From Pseudomonadota bacterium (GTDB lineage Bacteria; Pseudomonadota; Gammaproteobacteria; Steroidobacterales; Steroidobacteraceae): a stretch of 41,329 nt of DNA. The stretch is from NCBI GenBank assembly GCA_028067895.1, contig JAPTUI010000543.1, forward strand, positions 1-41,329, in the 5' to 3' direction. Below, in pieces: positions 18,265 through 27,702 of this stretch. Numbering within the stretch: position 1 is the first letter of the stretch; each line of letters opens with the position of its first letter. Under the pieces are notes generated by a model. It had not been told where the DNA came from. It made no database searches and saw only the letters and a program-made list of their open reading frames with translations. Both the position numbers and the translations under genes were made by a program.

Positions 18265-18538
18265 TCGGGTGCTCCTTCTGCGCACGGCACGAGTTTTGGT
18301 GGACTGATTCGCAGGGTCGTGCGCCGCCGTATCATGCCCCATCCATCTGTCGCGCGGGCACGGGCGCGCCGGAGCGCGACGCGATTTGCGGTGAATGCCA
18401 GGGAGCGCGCGACGAAGCGAATCGTGGCGCGGTGATCGGTCGTGCGGACATCGGCGCGCTGTCGAGTGAGCCTGATCTGCGTCGTGGCAGCTGTGTACCC
18501 GGGTGGCGAGGCCGCCGTGGTGTCCGTTCCAACTGTAG

Positions 18539-18748
18539 GTGTGCCGCAACACCGGGGCCGCGCGGGCGGCGGACATTTCCGATGTGCTTGTGCTCCTGGT
18601 GATGTGCTGGCCGGCTGCAATTCTCGCATGGGTGCTGTGGCCGCTGGTTGTGCCGCTGCGCCTGGGGGGTGTCGTGTTCGAGGGCCTGTTCAAAATCCTG
18701 CGACCCCTGGTGCTGTTCCCGGTGCGGATTCTCAGCGGACGCGTGTGA
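18539..18748 (+). CDS. candidate small hydrophobic membrane protein (start uncertain: GTG 18539, GTG 18584 or ATG 18602)
   Basis: ...DVLVLLVMCWPAAILAWVLWPLVVPLRLGGVVFEGLFKILRPLVLFPVRILSGRV. By hand count, 43 of 54 codons from 18584 end in G or C, which is coding-like for this genome. It lies in otherwise non-coding DNA 86 nt upstream of the FAH gene. No clear SD and no recognised family. Confidence 0.3.
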   Translation: MCRNTGAARAADISDVLVLLVMCWPAAILAWVLWPLVVPLRLGGVVFEGLFKILRPLVLFPVRILSGRV

Positions 18749-18834
18749 TCGGCGCGCCAGCTTGGCACCCATTGGACGAGTGTGCCGCTGCGCGGCTAGA
18801 CTTGCGACTTCGCCTCTGAAACCACGATATCGCC

Positions 18835-19530
18835 ATGAGTTACGTGTTTGCGCCGCCACCGCTCGTCAGTGCGTCGGTCGTCGGAACGTCTGATCGCTTC
18901 CCGGTTCATCGCATCTACTGTGTGGGCTCGAATTACCGCGCGCACGCACAGGAGATGGGGCACACGGGACGGGAGTCGCCGGTGTTCTTCATGAAGCCTG
19001 CCGATGCGCTCGTGCCGGTGGAGGCCGGGACGACGGGGGATTTGCCGTATCCGAGCCTGACCCACAATTTTCATCACGAAGTCGAACTGGTGGTCGCGAT
19101 CAGCAGCGGCGGGCGGGACATCCCGGCCGACGAGGCGATGGGGCACGTCTTCGGCTACGCCGTCGGGCTCGACATGACCCGCCGCGACCTGCAGGCTGAG
19201 ATGAAGAAGCGCTCAGCGCCCTGGTGTATCGGCAAGGGATTCGATCACGGCGCACCGCTCGGGCCGATCACGGCAGCGGCACAGGCGGGGGCGCTGTTCG
19301 AGGGGCAGATCTGCCTGAGCGTCAACGGCGCTGAGCGCCAACGCAGTGCGCTCACGGATATGACGTGGAGCGTGCCTGAGATCATCGCCCACCTCTCGGC
19401 GGCCTGGGCGCTCGCGCCGGGCGATCTGATCTACACCGGAACGCCGGCGGGCGTCGGTCCCGTCGAGCGCGGGGACCTGATCGAGGCGGTCTGCAGCGGA
19501 CTCGAGCCGCTGCGCGTGCGGGTCCGCTGA
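18835..19530 (+). CDS. fumarylacetoacetate hydrolase (FAH) family protein
   Basis: 231 aa with RIYCVGSNYRAHAQEMG...PVFFMKP...HHEVELVVAI...GYAVGLDMTRRDLQ...GKGFD...LIYTGTPAGVG. These are classic FAH-fold motifs (YcgM / fumarylpyruvate hydrolase-like). Confidence 0.88.
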   Translation: MSYVFAPPPLVSASVVGTSDRFPVHRIYCVGSNYRAHAQEMGHTGRESPVFFMKPADALVPVEAGTTGDLPYPSLTHNFHHEVELVVAISSGGRDIPADEAMGHVFGYAVGLDMTRRDLQAEMKKRSAPWCIGKGFDHGAPLGPITAAAQAGALFEGQICLSVNGAERQRSALTDMTWSVPEIIAHLSAAWALAPGDLIYTGTPAGVGPVERGDLIEAVCSGLEPLRVRVR

Positions 19531-19534
19531 GGGC

Positions 19535-20743
19535 TCAGACCCGCTCGAGCAGCAGTGCGATGCCCTGACCGACGCCGATGCACATGGTGCACAAGGCGCG
19601 TCGGGCTCCGGTCGCTTCGAGCTGACTCAAGGCGGTAGCCACGAGGCGCGCACCGCTTGCGCCGAGCGGGTGACCGAGCGCGATCGCACCGCCGTTGGGA
19701 TTGACGTGCTCGGCATCATCCGGCAGGCCGAGCTCACGCAATACTGCGAGGGATTGCGCCGCGAACGCCTCGTTCAGCTCGATCACATCGAGGGTCCCGA
19801 GCGCGATACCCGTGCGCTCCAGGAGCTTGCGCGTGGCCGGTGCGGGGCCGATTCCCATGATGCGCGGCGGTACGCCGGCAACGGCGCTGCCGAGGACGCG
19901 AGCGCGCGGCGTCAGGCCATGACGCGCCGCCGCGGCTTCGCTCGCGAGCAACACCGCAGCGGCGCCGTCGTTGATTCCCGAGGCGTTGCCCGCGGTCACC
20001 GATCCGTCTGGGCGCACGACACCTTTGAGCTTGCCGAGCGCTTCGAGCGAGGAGTCAGGACGCGGGTGCTCGTCGGTGTCGATCCGCAGCGTCGGCTGCT
20101 TGCGGCGCTCTAGGGTTACGGGGACCAGTTCGCGGGCGAAGAACCCGCGGGCCTGGGCGCGCGCGTAGCGCTGCTGGCTGCGCAGGGCGAAGGCGTCCTG
20201 GTCGGCGCGGGATATGCCGCGCTCAGCGACCAAATTCTCCGCGGTCTGCGCCATGGAGTCGATCCCGAAGCGGCTCTGGATGAGCGGGTTGATGAAGCGC
20301 CAGCCGAGTGTGGTGTCCTCCAGCTTCGCGCTGCGCTCGAACGGCTGTTCGGCCTTGCCCATCACGAACGGGGCGCGGCTCATGCTCTCGACGCCGCCGG
20401 CGATCATCAAGTCCGCCTCGCCGGCGGCGATGGCGCGTGCGGCGATTGCGATGGCATCGAGGCTCGAGCCGCACAGGCGGTTCACCGTCGAGGCCGGGAC
20501 ACTCTCGGGCAGACCGGAGAGCAGCGCGGCCATGCGCGCCACGTTGCGATTGTCCTCGCCGGCCTGGTTCGCGCAGCCGAGGTACACGTCATCGAGCCGT
20601 CCCCAGTCCAGTCCCGGATGGCGCTCCATCAGCGCGCGCAGCGGCAGGGCCGCCAGGTCGTCGGTGCGGACCGAGGCGAGCGCGCCGCCGTAGCGGCCGA
20701 ACGGCGTGCGCAGCGCCTCACAGATGAGTGCGTGGGTCATCAT
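19535..20743 (-). CDS. acetyl-CoA C-acyltransferase / 3-oxoadipyl-CoA thiolase-type thiolase
   Basis: 402 aa with [14 protein letters not shown]...[12 protein letters not shown] (active-site Cys)...[11 protein letters not shown]...[17 protein letters not shown]...CIGVGQG. It most resembles the PcaF/PaaJ subgroup. Convergent with the FAH gene, with stops 4 nt apart. Confidence 0.9.
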   Translation of the reverse strand: MMTHALICEALRTPFGRYGGALASVRTDDLAALPLRALMERHPGLDWGRLDDVYLGCANQAGEDNRNVARMAALLSGLPESVPASTVNRLCGSSLDAIAIAARAIAAGEADLMIAGGVESMSRAPFVMGKAEQPFERSAKLEDTTLGWRFINPLIQSRFGIDSMAQTAENLVAERGISRADQDAFALRSQQRYARAQARGFFARELVPVTLERRKQPTLRIDTDEHPRPDSSLEALGKLKGVVRPDGSVTAGNASGINDGAAAVLLASEAAAARHGLTPRARVLGSAVAGVPPRIMGIGPAPATRKLLERTGIALGTLDVIELNEAFAAQSLAVLRELGLPDDAEHVNPNGGAIALGHPLGASGARLVATALSQLEATGARRALCTMCIGVGQGIALLLERV

Positions 20744-20861
20744 CGTTACCCAAGTATTTGAAAAACAAGGCGTGACACACTACTGCATCCGGCGGGGTTT
20801 ATCCACGGCGACGTACGGCACCGATACAATGGCGCCCTCTGATCCGTCGCGGGAAGCGCCC

Positions 20862-21863
20862 ATGTCCTCGTTCAAAGCCATCCGTGTGCATCAGGGTTCG
20901 GCCGGCGTCAGTGCGGCGCTCGAACCGGTCATGCTCGAGCCGCTCAGCCCCGGCGCAGTGCGCGTCCGGGTGGCCTATTCCGGGCTCAATTATAAGGATG
21001 CGCTCGCCATCACCGGGCGCGGCGCCATCATGCGCACCTACCCGCGCGTGGCCGGTATCGATCTCGCCGGTGTGGTCGAGGCGAGTGAGGATGCCGCCTT
21101 CAAGCCGGGGGACCGGGTGCTCGCCACCGGCGCCGGTCTCGGGGAGTGGCTCGACGGAGGACTCGCCGAGTACGCGCACGTGCCCGCCGAGGCGCTGCTC
21201 GCGCTGCCGGCGGGATTGAGCCTGTTCGAATCGATGGCACTTGGCACCGCGGGGTTCACCGCCGCCTTGGCGCTGCGGCGCATGCTTGAGAACCATCAGG
21301 CTCCGGCCCAGGGACCGGTCCTGGTGACCGGCGCGACCGGCGGGGTGGGCAGCATCGCACTGACCCTGCTCGCGGGGGCGGGCTTCGAGGCGGCGGCCCT
21401 CACCGGCAAGCCCGAGGCGGCCGCGTACCTGCGCGCACTCGGCGCCGCGACGGTGCTCGAGCGCGGCAGACTCGATCTGGGCGCGAAGCCGCTCGAGAAG
21501 GCGGTGTGGGGCGGGGCGCTCGACAATCTCGGCGGCGAGGTGTTGGCCTACCTCACCCGCACGGTCAAGCCCTGGGGCAACATCGCGTGCATCGGGTTGG
21601 CGCAGTCCGCGCAGCTGCACACTACGGTGATGCCGCTGATTCTGCGCGGCGTGAGCCTGCTCGGCATCCATTCGGTACAGGTGCCGCGCCCGTGGCGCGA
21701 GGCGCTGTGGGGACAGCTCGCCGGACCCTGGAAACCGCCGCAGATCGACGCACGGCTGGTCCGTGCCGAGATCCCTCTGGAGCAGGTGGCCGAGGCGGCC
21801 CGCGAACTCATCGCCGGCCGGGCGAGGGGACGATACGTGGTGCGGATTGCGGGGGACCTGTGA
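20862..21863 (+). CDS. YhdH/AcuI-type MDR family oxidoreductase (acrylyl-CoA reductase-like)
   Basis: ORF 20706..21863 trimmed to the ATG at 20862 (MSSFKAIRVHQG...VAYSGLNYKDALAITGRG...YPRVAGIDLAGVV...VLVTGATGGVGS...). This is the zinc-free MDR/YhdH pattern. Confidence 0.85.
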   Translation: MSSFKAIRVHQGSAGVSAALEPVMLEPLSPGAVRVRVAYSGLNYKDALAITGRGAIMRTYPRVAGIDLAGVVEASEDAAFKPGDRVLATGAGLGEWLDGGLAEYAHVPAEALLALPAGLSLFESMALGTAGFTAALALRRMLENHQAPAQGPVLVTGATGGVGSIALTLLAGAGFEAAALTGKPEAAAYLRALGAATVLERGRLDLGAKPLEKAVWGGALDNLGGEVLAYLTRTVKPWGNIACIGLAQSAQLHTTVMPLILRGVSLLGIHSVQVPRPWREALWGQLAGPWKPPQIDARLVRAEIPLEQVAEAARELIAGRARGRYVVRIAGDL

Positions 21864-22070
21864 GCGTGCGGCGTTCCCGGATGCAGCGCGTCCCGCTCGC
21901 CGTTATGCTTCACGCCATCGCGCCGTCGCTCGGCGCATACCGATCCTTCGGCGGGCGCAGCAGATGAACAGGGCAGTGACGGGGCGATTCGCGCCGCAGT
22001 GGGGCGGTGGGCACTACGGTGCATGGGCGGCGGGGCGGCCCGGCGCGAGTGGCGGCTGAGCGGCCCTCCG

Positions 22071-23690
22071 ATGACATCTACGGATTCCCCGGCTCGCGCC
22101 GGCGCGTCGGGCGAGCGACTCAATACGCGGGCCGCCGGAGTCGTCGCGCTCGCGGTCCTGTGCAGCCGCATTCTCGGGCTGGTGCGCCTGCAGGTGTTCG
22201 CGGCCCTCTTCGGTGCTGGGCGTCTGATGGACGTCTTCTTCATCGCCTTTCGGATCCCCAATCTGCTGCGCGACATGGTGGGCGAAGGGGCGCTCTCGAC
22301 GGCGTTCGTCACCACCTTCAGCAAGACGGCCGCCCGCGAAGGCGATGCGAGCGCCTGGCAGCTCGCCAACAAGGTCGTGACGCTGACCGCAGTCGTGGTC
22401 AGCGCCCTGGTGCTGCTCGGGATTGTGCTCGCGCCCTGGCTGGTGGCGCTGCTCGGCTGGGGGTTCGGACCGGCCAAGGCGGCCCTCACCGTCGAGCTGA
22501 CGCGGATCATGTATCCGTTCATTCTGATCGTGTCGCTCGCGGCGCTGGTCATGGGGATGCTGAACGCGCGCAACGTGTTCGGCGTCCCAGCGCTCGCCTC
22601 GACCTTCTTCAACCTCGGTCTGATCCTCACCGGGGCAGGCCTCGGCTGGTGGCTCGATCCGCACTTCGGGCCGAAGGCGACCGTGGCACTCGCGGTGGGC
22701 GTTCTGGTCGGCGGGCTGCTGCAGCTCGGCGTGCAAATCCCCTCGCTGCGCCGATTCGGCTATCGCTACCGGCCAGATTTTCGCTGGCGCGACCCGGGCG
22801 TGAGGGCCATGCTGCTGATCATGGGGCCTTCGGTGATCGCCGCGAGCACCGTGCAGGTGAACGTGGTGGTGAACTCCGCATTCGCCTCGATGCTCGGCAA
22901 TGGGCCGATCTCCTGGCTGGGGTACGCATTTCGGCTGATGCAGTTCCCGATCGGGATGTTCGGCGTGGCGCTCGGGACCGTTTCGCTGCCGATGCTCTCG
23001 CGCCTGGCGGTGGCCGGCGAGCACGATCGGTTTCGCAGTGAGCTCGCGCGCGGACTGCGCATGGTGTTCTTCATGACGATTCCAGCGGCCATCGGCCTGA
23101 TGGTACTCGCCGGCCCCATTGTCTCGGTGCTCTACCAGCACGGACGCTTCAATCCCTACGATGCGCGCCAGACGGCCGCGGCGCTGCGCTTCTACTCCCT
23201 CGGACTGTGTGGTTATGCGGCGCTGAAGGTGCTGGTCAACGCGTTCTACGCCGTAGACCGGCGCCGCACGCCGATGGTGGTGAGCCTGATCGCCATGGGG
23301 CTGAACCTGCTGCTGTGCTGGTTCACGACCCAGATCATGCACTGGGGTGTGCGCGGCTTGGCACTCTCGGTTGCCGCAGTGGCGACGGCGAATTTCCTGG
23401 TGCTCTATGCGCTGATGCGCCGTCACCTCGGCCGGCTCGCCTCAGGCGAGATGTTCTCGATGCTCGCGCGCCTGGGCGTCGCCTGCGCGGCGCTCGCGCT
23501 GATCTGCTGGGGCGGGCTGCACTGGCCGCTCGCGCACTGGCAGACCGGGCCGTTCTGGCCGAAACTCGCCGCACTGACGCTGGTCATCGTGGTCGGCGCC
23601 GGTGCGTTCTTTGTCTGTGCGCTGGCGCTCGGTATCGCAGAGATGCACGACATCGCACAAATCGTCAAACGCAAGCTGCGTGTGGCCTGA
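22071..23690 (+). CDS. murJ: lipid II flippase MurJ (MviN)
   Basis: ORF 21999..23690 trimmed to the ATG at 22071. It contains SRILGLVRLQVFAALFGAGRLMDVFFIAFRIPNLLRDMVGEGALSTAFV..., 14-TM MOP-superfamily architecture, and ...LKVLVNAFYAVDRRRTP... Confidence 0.9.
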   Translation: MTSTDSPARAGASGERLNTRAAGVVALAVLCSRILGLVRLQVFAALFGAGRLMDVFFIAFRIPNLLRDMVGEGALSTAFVTTFSKTAAREGDASAWQLANKVVTLTAVVVSALVLLGIVLAPWLVALLGWGFGPAKAALTVELTRIMYPFILIVSLAALVMGMLNARNVFGVPALASTFFNLGLILTGAGLGWWLDPHFGPKATVALAVGVLVGGLLQLGVQIPSLRRFGYRYRPDFRWRDPGVRAMLLIMGPSVIAASTVQVNVVVNSAFASMLGNGPISWLGYAFRLMQFPIGMFGVALGTVSLPMLSRLAVAGEHDRFRSELARGLRMVFFMTIPAAIGLMVLAGPIVSVLYQHGRFNPYDARQTAAALRFYSLGLCGYAALKVLVNAFYAVDRRRTPMVVSLIAMGLNLLLCWFTTQIMHWGVRGLALSVAAVATANFLVLYALMRRHLGRLASGEMFSMLARLGVACAALALICWGGLHWPLAHWQTGPFWPKLAALTLVIVVGAGAFFVCALALGIAEMHDIAQIVKRKLRVA

Positions 23691-23751
23691 CGGCCGTAGT
23701 GCAGCGAGCGGCGCAGTGAGGCGCCCGGGGGCGCCCCAAGGAGTCCGTCCC

Positions 23752-24432
23752 GTGAAACGTCATGTTCTTCCGCTCGGCGCGCTGGCGCTACTCGGCCTGT
23801 CCGGCCGCGCGCTGGCGCAGACTTATTATGATCAGACCTTCGCGCCGGTCGAGCCGGTGCACTGGCATCTGCAGATCGGCTACAGCCCGACGGTCGGTTC
23901 GACCTCGTCCTACTTCCAGGGAGGCGTTACCTTTGGCGGGGGCTTGAGCTGGAAGCCCGACCCGCAGATGCCGTTCGCGCTGCGCGCGGATTTGGAATAC
24001 AGCCGTTTCGACGCCACGCGCAATCTGATCGCCATCAATGAGCTCGCCGACCAGACTCAGATCGACGGCGGGTACGGCGAAGTGATCGGCCTGAATGTCG
24101 ATGGGGAGTTCAAGCGGCCCATCACCCCGACGGTGAGCGGCTTCGCGGTGGCCGGCGTCGGAATCGATCACATGCACGTCGCACTCACCCAGACCGTTGC
24201 GTATGGCACGTACGTGTGCGATCCCTGGTTCGGCTACTGCAACTACGGGCTCGTGCCCGGGGACATCGTGGTGGCGAGCGGCAGCTCCACCCGCTTCTCC
24301 TGGAATGCCGGGGTGGGGCTCGATTTTCTGCTGCGCAACGGGCAGACGTTCTTCGTCGAGGTGCGCTACCAGCGCATCAATACCACGCAGCCGACGGGGT
24401 TCGTCCCGATCACGGTGGGCCTGCGCTTCTGA
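23752..24432 (+). CDS. outer-membrane beta-barrel protein (OMP_b-brl / OmpW-like)
   Basis: GTG at 23752 with AAGGAG 9 nt upstream. It has a signal peptide (VKRHVLPLGALALLGLSGRALAQ), alternating amphipathic strands, and a C-terminal ...VPITVGLRF ending in an aromatic residue. Confidence 0.7.
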   Translation: MKRHVLPLGALALLGLSGRALAQTYYDQTFAPVEPVHWHLQIGYSPTVGSTSSYFQGGVTFGGGLSWKPDPQMPFALRADLEYSRFDATRNLIAINELADQTQIDGGYGEVIGLNVDGEFKRPITPTVSGFAVAGVGIDHMHVALTQTVAYGTYVCDPWFGYCNYGLVPGDIVVASGSSTRFSWNAGVGLDFLLRNGQTFFVEVRYQRINTTQPTGFVPITVGLRF

Positions 24433-24570
24433 GGCCCGGCACACCGCCGGTGCCACCCCCGCTCGCCCGGGCCGCCGGGGGTGGCAAGTGCGCATGCGCG
24501 CCGGCGGGAAGCTGCTAAAATTCTTCTTTTTTATTGTGCGCCCGGGGTGGACCGGGCACGAAGGGCTTCC

Positions 24571-25629
24571 ATGGCACTTAAGATCATGATTCTCGGCGCG
24601 AATGGGTTCATCGGCAGCGCGCTCACCGGCGCGATCTTGCGCGAGCGCGACTGGGAGGTCTATGGCATCGACCTCTCGGACAACAAGCTCGGAGATCTGC
24701 CGAAGGACAATCGCTTCCACTTCGTCGAGGGTGACATCACCATCAACAAAGAGTGGGTCGAGTACCACGTCAAGAAGTGCGACGTGGTGGTGCCGCTGGT
24801 CGCGATCGCCAATCCGGCGCAGTACGTGACCCATCCGCTGCGGGTGTTCGAGCTGGATTTCGAAGCGAACGTCGAGGTGGTGCGCCACTGTGTCAAATAC
24901 GGCAAGCGGCTGATCTTCCCCTCGACCTCCGAGCTCTATGGCATGTCCCCCGATCCGGTGCTCGATGAGGAGACCAGCCCGCTCGTGTACGGGCCGATCA
25001 ACAAGCAACGCTGGATTTATGCCGCCTCGAAACAACTGCTCGATCGGGTGATCTACGCCTACGGCGTGCGCGACAGCCTGGACTACACGCTGTTCCGGCC
25101 GTTCAATTTCATCGGTCCGAACCTCGACAACATCGAGGAGCCGAAGGAAGGCAGCTCGCGGGTGTTCACCCAGTTCCTCTCGAATGTGCTGTACCGGCGA
25201 CCCATCAAGCTGGTCGACGGCGGCAACCAGAAGCGCTCCTTCACGTACATCGACGATGCGATCGAATGTCTGCTCACCATTCTCGAGAACAAGGACGGGC
25301 GGGCGACGCGCCGGATCTTCAATATCGGCAACCCCGACAACTGCGTCTCGATTCGTGACCTCGCCGAGCGCACCATCCGCATCGCCCAGGAATTCCCCGC
25401 GCTGCGCGATGCGGCCAAGGGCACCGAGATCATCGAAGTGTCGGCCGGGGAGTACTACGGCAAGTATTACCAGGATATCCAGGTACGCGTACCGGCGATC
25501 GAGGCGGCCAAGCGCGATCTGGGCTGGCGCCCGCGCACCGACATGGACACCGCGATCCGTCGCACGATCGATTTTTACGTCCAGCTCGGCAGCTTCAATT
25601 CCCTGAACGCCTCGGCGTCGGGGCTGTGA
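24571..25629 (+). CDS. arnA: UDP-glucuronic acid oxidative decarboxylase (stand-alone ArnA C-terminal dehydrogenase domain)
   Basis: ORF 24481..25629 trimmed to the ATG at 24571. It is colinear with the E. coli ArnA C-domain as I recall it: ILGANGFIGSAL...FHFVEGDITINKEWVEYHVKKCDVVVPLVAIANP...PLRVFELDFEAN...IFPSTSELYGM...RWIYAASKQLLDRVI...TLFRPFNFIGP...IKLVDGGNQKRSFT... Confidence 0.88.
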   Translation: MALKIMILGANGFIGSALTGAILRERDWEVYGIDLSDNKLGDLPKDNRFHFVEGDITINKEWVEYHVKKCDVVVPLVAIANPAQYVTHPLRVFELDFEANVEVVRHCVKYGKRLIFPSTSELYGMSPDPVLDEETSPLVYGPINKQRWIYAASKQLLDRVIYAYGVRDSLDYTLFRPFNFIGPNLDNIEEPKEGSSRVFTQFLSNVLYRRPIKLVDGGNQKRSFTYIDDAIECLLTILENKDGRATRRIFNIGNPDNCVSIRDLAERTIRIAQEFPALRDAAKGTEIIEVSAGEYYGKYYQDIQVRVPAIEAAKRDLGWRPRTDMDTAIRRTIDFYVQLGSFNSLNASASGL

Positions 25630-25665
25630 GCGGCGGCCGGCGGCGGTGATCCGGAGAGTGTGTCT

Positions 25666-27330
25666 ATGAATGCGGCGCAAGCGCGGGCGCAGCGGCTGCG
25701 ATGGTGGGCCTGGGTGCTGATGGCGGCCGTCTGGTTCGTCACTCTGCAGGTGCGCCCGATGTTCGACCCGGACGAGGGCCGCTACGCGGAGATCCCGCGC
25801 GAGATGGTGGCCAGCGGCAACTGGGTGACGCCACGGCTCGATGGACTGAAGTACTTCGAGAAGCCGGTGCTGCAGTACTGGGCGACGGCCACCGTGTACT
25901 CGGTGGTCGGGCTGAGCAACTGGTCCTCACGCCTGTGGACCGTCGGGCTCGGCTTCGGCTGTCTGGCGCTGATCTACGCCTGGCTGGCGCGCTTGTACGA
26001 CCGGCGCGCCGCGATCCTCGGGGTCGTGCTGCTCGCGCTCAGTCCGTATTTCGGCATCATCGGACACCTCGACCTGCTCGATGCGGGGCTCACGTTCTGG
26101 CTCACCGCGATGGTGCTCGCGTTTACGCGCGCCCAGTGTTCGCCGGAGGGCTCGGGCGCGGAGCGCAATTGGATGCTCTTCTCCTGGGCGATGGCGGCGC
26201 TCGCGCTGCTTACCAAAGGACTGGAGGTGTACGTGCTCGCGGGGCTGGCGCTCATCGCCTACACGGTGATCGAGCGCGACGTGCGTCCCTGGCGGCGGTT
26301 GCATCTGCTGCTCGGGATCCCGTTGATGGTGCTCATCGCCGCGCCGTGGTTCATCGCGGTGTCGCTGCGCAACCCGGTGTTCGCCGAGTATTTCTTCATC
26401 CACGAACACTTCCAGCGCTTCCTCACCGATGAGGCGCGGAGGGTCGAGCCGTGGTGGTACTTCATCGCGCTGCTGGTGATCGGGGCATTCGCGTGGCTCG
26501 TTCCGCTCCTGCGCGCCGCGCGCGAGGCGTGGCGCGCACCGGGTCCGGTTGCGCACTTCAAGCCGCTGAAGTTCCTGCTGCTGTACTCGATTCTGACGGT
26601 GATCTTCTTTTCCCTTTCGGACTCGAAGCTTGCCACCTACATCATGCCGGCGTTTCCGCCGCTCGCGGCGCTCACCGGGGTGTATCTGACGCGCCGGCCC
26701 CGCGCGCTCGAGCGCTCGGTGTGGGCCGGAGCGGGGCTCGCGGTGTTCGTGGCCGTCGGGCTGCTCGTCTATTCGCATCACCGCGACGGGTTCATCCCGT
26801 CGCACGCGATCGGCTGGGGCGCCGCGGCGCTCGCCGCGGTGCTCGCGGCAGTGGCGGCCTGTGCCTTCGGCGGGCGCTACGTGCCGTCCGGGGAGGAGAC
26901 GGATGCGGCCGCGGGCATCGCTACGCCCCTGATCGTCACGCTCGCCTTCATCTTTGCCTGGCAGGCGCTGCTGTGTCAGTACGCGGTCATTCCGCCGTCG
27001 CGCTCGGCCTATCAGCTGGTGCAGCAGATCAAGCCCGAGATACACCCCGACACGAAGCTCTACAGCGTGAATCAGTATCGTCAGACCATCCCGCCGTATC
27101 TCGGCCGGCTGCTGACGCTGGTGAATTACTCCGGGGAACTCGGTCCCGGGGAGCGCTGGCAGCCCGGACTGATGACCGCCACGCCGGCGCAGTTCGTGCA
27201 GCAGTGGGACGCCAGTTCGAACGCCGTCGCGTTCTTCCCGCCGGCCGTGTGGCGGCGCTACCACGCCCAGGGTCTGCCCGGGCGGGTGATCGGTGAGGAC
27301 AGTTTCACGGTGGCGGTGGCCCGTAGATGA
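25666..27330 (+). CDS. arnT: undecaprenyl phosphate-alpha-L-Ara4N:lipid A arabinosyltransferase (GT39/GT83 family)
   Basis: It contains ...RPMFDPDEGRYAEIPREMVASGNWVTPRLDGLKYFEKPVLQYW... and is a ~12-TM protein. I chose the ATG at 25666 (GGAGA 8 nt upstream) over the ORF-track GTG at 25660. Confidence 0.88.
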   Translation: MNAAQARAQRLRWWAWVLMAAVWFVTLQVRPMFDPDEGRYAEIPREMVASGNWVTPRLDGLKYFEKPVLQYWATATVYSVVGLSNWSSRLWTVGLGFGCLALIYAWLARLYDRRAAILGVVLLALSPYFGIIGHLDLLDAGLTFWLTAMVLAFTRAQCSPEGSGAERNWMLFSWAMAALALLTKGLEVYVLAGLALIAYTVIERDVRPWRRLHLLLGIPLMVLIAAPWFIAVSLRNPVFAEYFFIHEHFQRFLTDEARRVEPWWYFIALLVIGAFAWLVPLLRAAREAWRAPGPVAHFKPLKFLLLYSILTVIFFSLSDSKLATYIMPAFPPLAALTGVYLTRRPRALERSVWAGAGLAVFVAVGLLVYSHHRDGFIPSHAIGWGAAALAAVLAAVAACAFGGRYVPSGEETDAAAGIATPLIVTLAFIFAWQALLCQYAVIPPSRSAYQLVQQIKPEIHPDTKLYSVNQYRQTIPPYLGRLLTLVNYSGELGPGERWQPGLMTATPAQFVQQWDASSNAVAFFPPAVWRRYHAQGLPGRVIGEDSFTVAVARR

Positions 27331-27698
27331 AATGGTCGGTGTACGGATTTCTGCTCGCCGGGATTCTGCTGAATCTGGCGGCGCAACTCGGCCTGAAGGC
27401 GGCGACAGATGCGACCGGGCCACTGTTCGGCGGTGGCGTGGACGTGCCGAAGCGCATGGTCCAGCTCCTGACGGTGCCGTGGCTGTGGCTGGCGCTCGCC
27501 TGCTACGGCGTCTCGGTGATCGCCTGGGTGGTGGGGCTCTCGCGCATCCCGGTGAGTCAGGCTTACCCGATGCTCTCGATGAACTATGTGCTGATGGTGC
27601 CGCTCGCTTGGTGGTTGCTAGGCGAAGCGCCGAACGCCCAGCGGCTGGCCGGCATCGTCGTGATCATTGCCGGTGTGTTCCTGGTGGCTCGCTCCTAA
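27327..27698 (+). CDS. ArnE/ArnF-like 4-TM SMR/EamA-type subunit (undecaprenyl-phosphate-L-Ara4N flippase candidate)
   Basis: 123 aa with 4 predicted TM helices (MKWSVYGFLLAGILLNLAAQLGLK...VSQAYPMLSMNYVLM...GIVVIIAGVFLV). ATGA overlap with the arnT stop. The family is assigned by size, topology and operon context. Confidence 0.65.
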   Translation: MKWSVYGFLLAGILLNLAAQLGLKAATDATGPLFGGGVDVPKRMVQLLTVPWLWLALACYGVSVIAWVVGLSRIPVSQAYPMLSMNYVLMVPLAWWLLGEAPNAQRLAGIVVIIAGVFLVARS

Positions 27699-27702
27699 CG
27701 CT

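Noticed and set aside
24451-24486. 11-bp GC hairpin after the OMP gene (TGCCACCCCCG...CGGGGGTGGCA) as a terminator separating the OMP gene from the arn cluster.
   Set aside because: It has a 14-nt loop and no downstream T run. It could still be a weak or factor-dependent terminator, but the support is not strong enough to list it as a feature.
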